Under the pieces are notes generated by a model, which was not told where the DNA came from, ran no database searches, and worked only from the letters and a program-made list of their open reading frames with translations. From NCBI RefSeq assembly GCF_036677985.1, contig NZ_JAZDST010000012.1:86971-150970 (forward strand): 64,000 nucleotides of DNA, read 5' to 3'. This DNA is from Chryseobacterium aquaticum (lineage in GTDB: Bacteria > Bacteroidota > Bacteroidia > Flavobacteriales > Weeksellaceae). Below are positions 37,218 through 45,861 of this stretch, in pieces. The translations under genes were made by a program, and so were the position numbers. Position 1 is the stretch's first letter. Each line of letters begins with the position of its first letter.

Positions 37218-38234
37218 ATGAGTGACTCTATAATTTTAGGTATCGAATCGTCTTGTGACGATACTTCAGCAGCCATTATCAAAGGAAATTCTATTCTTTC
37301 AAATATTGCCGCAAACCAAGAAATCCATAATGAATATGGAGGCGTGGTTCCTGAGCTTGCGTCAAGAGCTCATCAGCAGAATATTATTCCTGTAGTAGAA
37401 AAATCCTTCACCAAAGCAAATATACAACAAAATGCAATCTCTGCCATAGGCTTTACCCGTGGTCCCGGACTTTTGGGTTCTCTTCTTGTGGGAACTTCCT
37501 TTGCTAAGTCTTTGGCTATGAGTCTGAATATCCCTTTGATAGAGGTAAATCACCTTCAGGCGCATATTTTGGCGCACTTCATCGACGATGCAAATCCTGT
37601 GCCGCCAAAATTCCCTTTTTTGTGTCTTACCGTAAGTGGCGGTCATACCATGATTGTCCTTATTAAAGATTATTTTGACATGGAAATTATTGGTAAAACA
37701 ATAGATGACGCAGCTGGTGAAGCTTTTGATAAAATAGGCAAAATTTTAGATTTAGATTATCCTGCAGGTCCTATCATTGACCGATTGGCAAAAGAGGGAA
37801 ATCCTGATGCATTTAAATTCAATAAACCCAAACTGGAAAACTACGATTATTCTTTCAGCGGAATAAAAACATCTGTACTTTATTTCATTCAGAAAGAGAT
37901 GAAAAAAAATCCGGATTTCATTAAAGAAAACATGAATGATCTTTGCGCTTCCGTACAGAAATGCATCATTGAAATTCTAATGAATAAGCTGGAAAAAGCT
38001 GCAAAAGACTTAGATATAAAAGAAGTTGCCATTGCAGGAGGAGTTTCTGCTAATTCTGCTTTAAGAAAAGCAATGCAAGACAATAACGAAAAATTTGGAT
38101 GGAACATTTACATTCCGAAATTTGAATACACTACAGATAATGCTGCGATGATAGCAATGGTTGCCCAGCTAAAATTTGAGCGTGGAGAATTCACAGATTT
38201 CAGAACCACGGCAACATCAAAATACGATTTATAA
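37218..38234 (+). CDS. tsaD: tRNA t6A threonylcarbamoyltransferase TsaD
   Basis: ILGIESSCDDT, GGVVPELASRAH, NHLQAH, VSGGHT, TDNAAMIA. Confidence 0.97.
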   Translation: MSDSIILGIESSCDDTSAAIIKGNSILSNIAANQEIHNEYGGVVPELASRAHQQNIIPVVEKSFTKANIQQNAISAIGFTRGPGLLGSLLVGTSFAKSLAMSLNIPLIEVNHLQAHILAHFIDDANPVPPKFPFLCLTVSGGHTMIVLIKDYFDMEIIGKTIDDAAGEAFDKIGKILDLDYPAGPIIDRLAKEGNPDAFKFNKPKLENYDYSFSGIKTSVLYFIQKEMKKNPDFIKENMNDLCASVQKCIIEILMNKLEKAAKDLDIKEVAIAGGVSANSALRKAMQDNNEKFGWNIYIPKFEYTTDNAAMIAMVAQLKFERGEFTDFRTTATSKYDL

Positions 38235-38644
38235 TGAAGATATTATTAGAAGAAAAAGTACTCGGAACACAGTCTAAAAAGAATTCAAAATATTATTGGA
38301 TTCTGGAAACGATTACCGATAAAAATGAAGTGGCAGAAAAATCCGAAGATGAAGATTATCTAATGACGAGTTCGGAAACAGGATATGTTCAAAACGTAAA
38401 GGAAGAAATTATTGAGAAAATAAATTTTGAAAATGTTTTCAGTTTTTCTTATGAACCCAAAGAAGGAGATTATTTATCCATCAAAAATAATTTAAGAAAA
38501 AACGAATATCTGAATCTTATTTTCCTGAATAATAAGTGGATTGAAGAAATTTACGCTTGTTCTTACAGAGATTGTGACGGTGATATTTATACCACGATAA
38601 AAACAGGAGTTGCATTTTTGAGCGATAATGAGATATTTTTTTAA
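38234..38644 (+). CDS. Hypothetical protein
   Basis: 136-aa ORF translationally coupled to tsaD (TAATG); no recognised motif. Confidence 0.55.
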   Translation: MKILLEEKVLGTQSKKNSKYYWILETITDKNEVAEKSEDEDYLMTSSETGYVQNVKEEIIEKINFENVFSFSYEPKEGDYLSIKNNLRKNEYLNLIFLNNKWIEEIYACSYRDCDGDIYTTIKTGVAFLSDNEIFF

Positions 38645-38693
38645 CGATTTGCTTATTTGCTTTTGATTTCAAAGCTTGAAGCAGCAGTCGTTT

Positions 38694-38756
38694 TGTCATC
38701 CCATAAGAATTTCAATATACTGAAAATAAAGATGTTTAGATTCCTACGGAATGACA
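38694..38756. repeat. REP-like palindromic element, copy B
   Basis: Right arm AGATTCCTACGGAATGACA identical to copy A; left arm TGTCATCCCATAAGAAT. Confidence 0.75.
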
Positions 38757-38837
38757 AACAAGTTGTTAAAAACTAAATTATACAATTCACGGATATTTAC
38801 ATTTATAAAAACCCATCGAGATTTTAATATTTAAACA

Positions 38838-39533
38838 ATGAAACTTTTTTTTGGAGAAATCAATAACGGAAAAGCAATAATTAATGATGAAGAGCAACAA
38901 CACATTGTGAAAGTTCTTCGCATGAAAGATGGCGAAGAAATTCATGTGACAGACGGAAAAGGAAATTTAGCTTCCGGAACATTGATGATTGAAGGTAAAA
39001 AAGCAGGAATCGAAGTTTTAGAAATCAAAACTGAAACTCCAGATTTCAGTCCGAAACTTCATATTGCAATTGCACCGACTAAAAATATTGACAGAATAGA
39101 ATTTTTCGTGGAAAAAGCTGTAGAAATGGGAATTTCTGAGATTACGATTCTTCAAACTGAAAAAACAGAACGCAAAAATCTGAACATTGATAAAATCAGA
39201 AAACAGGCAATTGCAGCCTCAAAGCAAAGTCTTAGATTTCATTTTCCTATAATCAATGATTTAATTAAATTACCAGATTTTCTGAAAAACATCAACCCAG
39301 AAAATACTTTTGTGGCACACTGCAACGAAAATTTGGAAAGAATCAATTTAAATGAAATTCAAGTATTCGAAAATTATACTTTCCTTATTGGTCCGGAAGG
39401 CGATTTTTCGGATAAAGAAATTATGTTTTTAGCTGAAAAAGGAATTAAAGCAGTGTCTCTGGGCAATCAAAGATTGAGAACGGAAACGGCGGGAGTTTTT
39501 GTAGCGGCGTGGAATTATAATAAGATGGTTTAA
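38838..39533 (+). CDS. rsmE: 16S rRNA (uracil1498-N3)-methyltransferase
   Basis: HIVKVLRM, EKAVEMG, LIGPEGDFS, LRTETAG. Confidence 0.95.
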   Translation: MKLFFGEINNGKAIINDEEQQHIVKVLRMKDGEEIHVTDGKGNLASGTLMIEGKKAGIEVLEIKTETPDFSPKLHIAIAPTKNIDRIEFFVEKAVEMGISEITILQTEKTERKNLNIDKIRKQAIAASKQSLRFHFPIINDLIKLPDFLKNINPENTFVAHCNENLERINLNEIQVFENYTFLIGPEGDFSDKEIMFLAEKGIKAVSLGNQRLRTETAGVFVAAWNYNKMV

Positions 39534-40201
39534 AAACTAATATTACTATCTTTCAAATATTTATCAAAAATCTGTTGTCCGCTTCTGATCGAATTTACCG
39601 TCCAGAGAATCTTCTTTCTCAACAGTTTTTCTTCATTAAGTTTATAGTCAATATCAGATTTCATCAACTTTTGCTTCAATTCGTACATACAAATGGAAGC
39701 TGCAACAGAAACATTAAAACTTCTCGTAAAACCATACATCGGAATTGCCAAAGTTTCATCAGCAAAATCTAAAATTTCCTGAGAAACACCTTCCATTTCA
39801 GTTCCGAACACTAATGCAATCGGTTCAGTAATTTCGTAGTCTGGAAGCATTTTAGCATTATTTTCCAACGAAACAGCAACAATTTTGTAGCCCTTATCTT
39901 TAATTTTTTGGAAAGACTCCATATTTCGGGGAAGTTTTTCTACTTCAACCCAAGTATCTGCACCTTTTGTTACCTTTAAGTTGGGTTCAAAATTATTTTC
40001 TTCCTGCAAAGCAACTACTTTATGAAAACCGCAAGCTTCCACAGATCTCACAATGGCAGCAGCATTTCTAAACTGATAAACATCTTCTAAAACAGGAAGT
40101 ACAAAATCTGAACTTTCCGGAGCAAAATGCTCTATTTTTCTCAATCTTTCTTCCGTTAAAAACTGTTTTAAATACTCGTAAGTTTTTACTAAATCTTCCA
40201 T
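39530..40201 (-). CDS. trmH: TrmH/SpoU family RNA 2'-O-methyltransferase
   Basis: NAAAIVRSVEACG, VFGTEMEGVS, IPMYGFTRSFNVSVA. Confidence 0.88.
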   Translation of the reverse strand: MEDLVKTYEYLKQFLTEERLRKIEHFAPESSDFVLPVLEDVYQFRNAAAIVRSVEACGFHKVVALQEENNFEPNLKVTKGADTWVEVEKLPRNMESFQKIKDKGYKIVAVSLENNAKMLPDYEITEPIALVFGTEMEGVSQEILDFADETLAIPMYGFTRSFNVSVAASICMYELKQKLMKSDIDYKLNEEKLLRKKILWTVNSIRSGQQIFDKYLKDSNISF

Positions 40202-40285
40202 CTTCTTTCAAATCTTTGCAAATTAACGTAATTTTGAAATTCTGAACCTGAAAAAGAAACTCAAATTCTTTAATTTAAAGTAAAA

Positions 40286-41302
40286 ATGAAGAGAAAAGTC
40301 CTTCTTATCTATACCGGCGGAACAATTGGTATGGAAAAAGACTACGAAACCGGAAGTCTCCGTGCGTTTGATTTTGGAAATATTTTTGAAAAAATGCCCG
40401 AAATGAAACTGATGGAATGTGAAGTTTTTGTACATCCGTTTGCAAAACCGCTCGACTCTTCGGATATGGGACCAGAAGAATGGAGAATAATTGCAAATTA
40501 CATTTTTGATAATTATAAAAAATATGACGGATTTTTGATTCTTCACGGAACAGACACCATGTCTTACACGGCTTCTGCATTGAGTTTCATGCTAAAAGGT
40601 CTGACAAAACCCGTGATTCTTACCGGTTCTCAACTTCCTATTGGTGATCTCAGAACCGATGCCAAAGAAAATCTTTTAACAAGTCTGTATTATGCAAGTC
40701 TTTACGAACAAAACGAAGCCGTAATACAGGAAGTTGCCATTTATTTTGAATATAAACTGCTGCGTGGAAACCGCACTCTGAAATATTCTGCAGAGTATTT
40801 TGACGCCTATTCAAGTCCGAACTACCCTATCCTTGGTCAGTCGGGAGTACATCTGAAAATCGATAAAGACAATTTATTCCGTTGTGACGGAAGAATTGAG
40901 TTTCATGTTGATCCATATATCTCTGAAGACGTTTTGTTTTGGCGAATTTTTCCGGGAATGAAATTAGATCACTTCCAGGAAATTCCGAAAATGAAAGTTT
41001 TAATTTTGCAGGTTTTTGGTTCAGGAACAATTTTCAGCAGTGAAAAAACACTGAATACGCTTCAACAGATCAGAAACAACGGAACGGAGATCGTAGTGGT
41101 AAGTCAATGCATTTCGGGCGGAATATCATTCGGAAAATATGAAAACAGCAATATTTTTGCGAAAATCGGAGCCATAAGCGGAAAAGATATGACCGCGGAA
41201 TCTGCAATCACCAAAGCAATGCACCTGATTGATAATCCGAATTATAAAGGAAGTTTTGCCGATAATTTCTCTAGAAATATTTGTGGCGAAATCAGCGAAT
41301 AA
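40286..41302 (+). CDS. ansA: Type I L-asparaginase
   Basis: YTGGTIGM, LDSSDM, LHGTDTMSYTAS, TGSQLP, DMTAESAITK. Confidence 0.92.
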   Translation: MKRKVLLIYTGGTIGMEKDYETGSLRAFDFGNIFEKMPEMKLMECEVFVHPFAKPLDSSDMGPEEWRIIANYIFDNYKKYDGFLILHGTDTMSYTASALSFMLKGLTKPVILTGSQLPIGDLRTDAKENLLTSLYYASLYEQNEAVIQEVAIYFEYKLLRGNRTLKYSAEYFDAYSSPNYPILGQSGVHLKIDKDNLFRCDGRIEFHVDPYISEDVLFWRIFPGMKLDHFQEIPKMKVLILQVFGSGTIFSSEKTLNTLQQIRNNGTEIVVVSQCISGGISFGKYENSNIFAKIGAISGKDMTAESAITKAMHLIDNPNYKGSFADNFSRNICGEISE

Positions 41303-41359
41303 GAAAATAAGAATTTGTAGATTCAATAAAATAGCCTATTTTTGCAGTCTTCAAAACAT

Positions 41360-41446
41360 AGAGAGGTGTCCGAGTGGTTGAAGGAGCTACCCTGGAAAGG
41401 TAGTATGCGGGTAACTGTATCGAGGGTTCGAATCCCTTCCTCTCTG
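41360..41446 (+). tRNA. tRNA-Ser(GGA)
   Basis: AGAGAGG/CCTCTCT acceptor stem, CTACC-CTGGAAA-GGTAG anticodon arm, long variable arm, GGTTCGAATCC; terminator at 41447-41474. Confidence 0.97.
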
Positions 41447-41717
41447 CAAAAGCGTTGATTTTCAACGCTTTTTTGTTTTTACTGCATTTAATAAAATAGC
41501 AAAACTATAGTCAATATTTATAAATTGTATTTATGTTCAGACAATTTTACGACATATCAATTAAGTCTTGATTAAAATTTAATATTCCCAATTTTGGGAT
41601 TAATGTTTCTCCATTGAAGTTTTTTACTATATTTGCGCAATTTAATTATTCTGAATCTCAAGAATAAAGCGCAAGCTAATTCTTCAATTATCAAATCATT
41701 AGTTTAAATTAATTATT

Positions 41718-43271
41718 ATGAAATATCAAGTGATATTAATTGTTTTGTTATCATCCGTACACACCTTTTTTGCTCAAGTACTTGATAATAATTTCGGGGT
41801 AAATGGGAAATTTGTTTATGACATTAATCCCAACTCAAATATTGAAAAAATCGGATCTATGATCGCAGTAAGCAATGAAAAAATATTGGTTGGCGGAACT
41901 GATAACACTAATGCTTATCTGGTAAAACATAATTATGACGGTTTGTTTGACACTAGTTTTCAGGCTAACGGAATCAAGCAGCTTCCATTTAAGTCAATTG
42001 AAAAAATATTAAAGACAAGCAACAACGAGATTATTATTCTTGGAACCAAACTTGCCACCGACGGTTATTTTAACATCATCGTCTGTAAGGTTGATGAAAA
42101 TGGAAATTACATTACAAATTTCGGCACAAACGGTATTCTGGAAATCAATTTTGGTGCTCAGTCAGATGACAATGTTTTTAACGGTGAACTGCAATCTGAC
42201 GGAAAAATAATTATTGTTGGTAACAAAAGAGGCACAAATGCATTTACAGAAGGTTACGTTTTACGTTTACTGCCTAACGGACAATTTGATACGTCGTTTA
42301 ATAATACTGGACTATTTACTATTGCACCTGTTAACCACCGACATTATTTAAATGCAGTAAGTATTGCTCCGAACGGAACAATTGTCTGTTCAGGATACCT
42401 GTTAATGACAGTAGGCTCTAATCAGGGCAGAATGTTTATTTTAAGATTATTACCTAACGGAACCCTTGATACATCATTTTCAAATATAGGTTATACATAT
42501 TTCACTATCACTAATCAAAGTACCTCGTTATCAAATACTAATATTGTTTTAAGCGACGGAAGCATTTTATTAGGCGGAGAATCTTTCTCGCCAAACAATA
42601 ATAATGTTTCATATAATTTTACAGTCGTAAAATTTAATGTGAATGGATCTTTTGCAAATTCTTTTGGAACGAACGGTATTGTGCAGACACTTCTACCAAG
42701 TATCGGAGGTCAGCTTAGAAGTATGAAATTAGATTCTTCCAATAATATTATAGCAGTTGGTTCTACGTATTCGGCGACCAATGGTAATGAAAACTTTGCG
42801 ATGATGAAATACAATCTATCTGGGGTTTTAGATACACAGTTCGGTAACTCGGGTGTTGTAATTACCGATTTTTCAGGATTTCAGGATATTCCGTTCTCAT
42901 CAATTATCTATGATTCAAAAATTATTCTTTCTGGGTTGGCGTCATCTTCAGATTATCCCGGCAACAGCAAATTTGCAATCGCTCAATATACATACAATAA
43001 TAATTTAGGAGTTTTTGAGACTAAAAATTCAAATGATTTCAAGATTTTCCCGACTGTATTTTCTGACAATGTAAATATCAAATGTAAAAAAGAAACCACG
43101 TTAAACATTGATATTGTTGATTCATCAGGCAAACGTGTTGATGCTAAAGAAAATTTCAAATGTTCACAAAACAACGGACAATTACAGCTTCCTATGACAG
43201 AGCAGGGAATATATTGGATCAGAATAAATTCCGGTGATAAAGTATCTGTTCAAAAATTGATAAAAAAATAA
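41718..43271 (+). CDS. T9SS type A CTD protein with delta-60-like beta-propeller repeats
   Basis: Recurring (L/F)DTSF.N.G units; C-terminal KIFPT...DSSGK...GIYWIRI...VQKLIKK sorting domain. Confidence 0.85.
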   Translation: MKYQVILIVLLSSVHTFFAQVLDNNFGVNGKFVYDINPNSNIEKIGSMIAVSNEKILVGGTDNTNAYLVKHNYDGLFDTSFQANGIKQLPFKSIEKILKTSNNEIIILGTKLATDGYFNIIVCKVDENGNYITNFGTNGILEINFGAQSDDNVFNGELQSDGKIIIVGNKRGTNAFTEGYVLRLLPNGQFDTSFNNTGLFTIAPVNHRHYLNAVSIAPNGTIVCSGYLLMTVGSNQGRMFILRLLPNGTLDTSFSNIGYTYFTITNQSTSLSNTNIVLSDGSILLGGESFSPNNNNVSYNFTVVKFNVNGSFANSFGTNGIVQTLLPSIGGQLRSMKLDSSNNIIAVGSTYSATNGNENFAMMKYNLSGVLDTQFGNSGVVITDFSGFQDIPFSSIIYDSKIILSGLASSSDYPGNSKFAIAQYTYNNNLGVFETKNSNDFKIFPTVFSDNVNIKCKKETTLNIDIVDSSGKRVDAKENFKCSQNNGQLQLPMTEQGIYWIRINSGDKVSVQKLIKK

Positions 43272-43460
43272 TTTTATACAAGTATCTCGAAAGAAATATT
43301 GAAGAGATTTAAAATATAACGTGTAATCTTTTCTTAAATCATTTCTTCAACAAAACAAAACCAGATCAACCGATCTGGTTTTTGATTGAAATACACTTTT
43401 GCAAATGTATCTCTCCAATATAATGATATATGTGAATGTGTTTCTTATGAAAACCGCTTT

Positions 43461-43556
43461 CATAGCCCAGATTGAACGGTCTGTCTGAGCTCTTTTTATA
43501 AGAAGGAAAAAGCCTAGGCATAAAAAAGCGAGTAGTGAAAGCTGGATAAAGCTCCT
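43461..43556. repeat. Flavo-1-like dispersed intergenic RNA/repeat
   Basis: CATAGCCCAGATTG...T-tract...A-tract...GTGAAAGCTGG layout with CCAG/CTGG closing stem; family assignment from recall, not searched. Confidence 0.45.
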
Positions 43557-43562
43557 GAAAAA

Positions 43563-44258
43563 TCAGTTACAAATGGTAAGAAAACTATGTCCTCTCATAT
43601 GAATTTTCATGATGGCTTCAGACTTTAATTCTGTATAAATACTTTGATCAAATGCTTCAACATCCTTTAGTTTCTGATCGATAAAATCTGCAATTTTCAC
43701 CACCGAACAGTAAAAATCCCTGTACAAAGAAATGTCGACTGTGCTTCCAAAACGTGGCAAATATGCTTTTAAGAAAGGAATTGTTTTCTGATGCTGATCA
43801 TAATCTAAGCAATATCCGTTTTTTTCTCGAAGCGTGATGATTTCGTAATGATTGAGATAATCGAGTACGGTTTCGTTTTCTTTCATCGAGATTTGATATT
43901 GCTGAAAATAGGTATGAATTTTATCTAAAACACATTGTGCATAATCCATCATAGAAATCGTTTTTGCCTCTGAAACAGAATTGATCTTTGTATTAGAATT
44001 TTTAGAATTTCTGTCAATCTGAAATGATATTCCATAATTTTCAAGGAAAGAAAAAAAGCAGTTTTTTACTTGTATCAATGCTTCGGTCTGCAGTTTGTCT
44101 TCAGAAAAATTGTAACACAAATATGGTTTATAAATCTCTTTCATGGTCAGGAGAAAATCTGTTTCGTTGGTATTTTTATCGCTTTCGAACCATTTTTCAA
44201 GATTATTATAATATTCATTTTCAAATTCTCTGAAACTTAAATAAAACGGAATTTCCAT
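43563..44258 (-). CDS. Hypothetical protein
   Basis: 231-aa ORF with its own TAGCTTTG promoter element (44278-44285). Confidence 0.65.
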   Translation of the reverse strand: MEIPFYLSFREFENEYYNNLEKWFESDKNTNETDFLLTMKEIYKPYLCYNFSEDKLQTEALIQVKNCFFSFLENYGISFQIDRNSKNSNTKINSVSEAKTISMMDYAQCVLDKIHTYFQQYQISMKENETVLDYLNHYEIITLREKNGYCLDYDQHQKTIPFLKAYLPRFGSTVDISLYRDFYCSVVKIADFIDQKLKDVEAFDQSIYTELKSEAIMKIHMRGHSFLTICN

Positions 44259-44348
44259 AGCTCTAATATTTATACTACAAAGCTATTGGCGTAATGCGAC
44301 AAAACTTGACGTGTTTTATTTAAGATTGAAAATATTTTTACAGATCAT

Positions 44349-44380
44349 AAAAAGTCCGGCTCTGAAAACAGAACCGGACT
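44349..44380 (-). terminator. Terminator of the RND operon
   Basis: Minus strand AGTCCGGTTCTG-TTTT-CAGAGCCGGACTTTTT. Confidence 0.8.
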
Positions 44381-44418
44381 CCACGATTGAAATAATGATA
44401 TATGAATAAAAACTACTC

Positions 44419-45861
44419 CTATTTCCAGCCGCCACCTAAACTTTTATAGATGTCGACAACAGTACTCAGTTGCTTTTGCTTGGCTTCAATTAACTCCATT
44501 TTTGCATCCAAAGCATCTCTCTGGTTTAATAAAACTTCCAGATAATCTGCTCTTGAATTCATAAAAAGCTGATTGGCAATAGTAATAGACTGATCCAAAG
44601 CCTGAGTTTCCTGAGATTTAAGCTGATAATACTGATCGATGTTTTTCACTTTAGACATCAGATTTGAAATATCAAGATATGCATTCAGAATCGTCTTGTC
44701 GTATTCGTACAAAGCCTGAATCTGTTTTGCATCTGCTGTTTGAAAATTCGCTTTAATCGCACTTTTATTAATCAGCGGACCCGCCAATTCACCCACCAAA
44801 TTATAAGCAATAGACTCCGGCATTTTAACTAAATAAGATGGCTTAAAAGCTTCCAAACCTAGTGTTGCAGAAATTTCCAAAGAAGGATAAAATTCTTTTC
44901 TTGCCGCTTCAACGTCTAATTTTGCAGATTTCAATTCTAATTCAGCCTGTTTTATGTCGGGACGGTTTGCCAATAACTGAGACGGAATTCCCGTGTAAAC
45001 CGTTTGCGGAATGGTGGACATAAAACTTTCCTTTGTTCTCACAATGGGTTGCGGATAACGACCGCAAAGCGCATTGATCTGATTTTCTTTTTCTGTAATC
45101 TCCTGACGAATTGTGTATTCCGTAGCTTTAGATTTTGCCAGTTCAGCTTCAAACTTTTTCACTGCCAATTCCGTTGTCGCAGCAGCCTGCTTCTGAATTT
45201 TTGAAATTTCTAAAGCTCTCGTCTGCAACTTAATGTATTGCTGAATAATATCCAACTGATTATCCAAAGCCAACAATTCGTAATAATTATCGGCAACTTC
45301 TTCAATCAGATTAGATAAAACGAAATTCTTCCCTTCAACGGTTGAAAGATAATGAGCAACAGCAGCATCCTTCTCAGTTCTGAGTTTTTTCCAAATGTCG
45401 ATTTCCCAGTTTGCCATCAAACCGCCTTCAAAATTTCCAAGCGGATCGGGCATTTCTTTTCCCGGCTCAATTTCTGTAGTTGCATCTCCTGCTCCTTCAC
45501 TTGTGTAACGACCTGCTTTTTTTACTCCGGCTCCTAATCCGGCTCTTACAGATGGGCTTAATCTACCTTTTTTAGCAACAATTCCGCTTTTGGCGATCTC
45601 AATTTCCTGTAAGGTAATCATCAACTCCTGATTATTTTTCAGAGAAGTCTCAATTAAACTTACTAGATTCGGATCTGTAAAAAACTGTCTCCACGGTGTA
45701 GTTCCACTATTATTGTTGGAATCCTGCTGTTCATTTTGATTAAAATTTTCAGGAATATTATTTTTCACATCATCCTGAATGACAGTCGCCATCGGTGCTT
45801 TGCAACTCGCTAAGACTAACGATACAACAATTGCTGCAATATATTTATTATAAATCTTCAT
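44419..45861 (-). CDS. Outer-membrane efflux lipoprotein (OprM/NodT/TolC family)
   Basis: Lipobox LASC, PWRQFFTDPNL, RPDIKQAE, YKSLGGGW. Confidence 0.93.
   Translation of the reverse strand: MKIYNKYIAAIVVSLVLASCKAPMATVIQDDVKNNIPENFNQNEQQDSNNNSGTTPWRQFFTDPNLVSLIETSLKNNQELMITLQEIEIAKSGIVAKKGRLSPSVRAGLGAGVKKAGRYTSEGAGDATTEIEPGKEMPDPLGNFEGGLMANWEIDIWKKLRTEKDAAVAHYLSTVEGKNFVLSNLIEEVADNYYELLALDNQLDIIQQYIKLQTRALEISKIQKQAAATTELAVKKFEAELAKSKATEYTIRQEITEKENQINALCGRYPQPIVRTKESFMSTIPQTVYTGIPSQLLANRPDIKQAELELKSAKLDVEAARKEFYPSLEISATLGLEAFKPSYLVKMPESIAYNLVGELAGPLINKSAIKANFQTADAKQIQALYEYDKTILNAYLDISNLMSKVKNIDQYYQLKSQETQALDQSITIANQLFMNSRADYLEVLLNQRDALDAKMELIEAKQKQLSTVVDIYKSLGGGWK

Noticed and set aside
17296-41302. 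Asparagine-themed system (PNGase, asnB, AsnC, asparaginase)
   Set aside because: Genes are scattered over 24 kb in separate transcription units with no shared motif seen
41360-44340. Integrative element or prophage at tRNA-Ser
   Set aside because: No integrase and no second copy of the tRNA 3' end found
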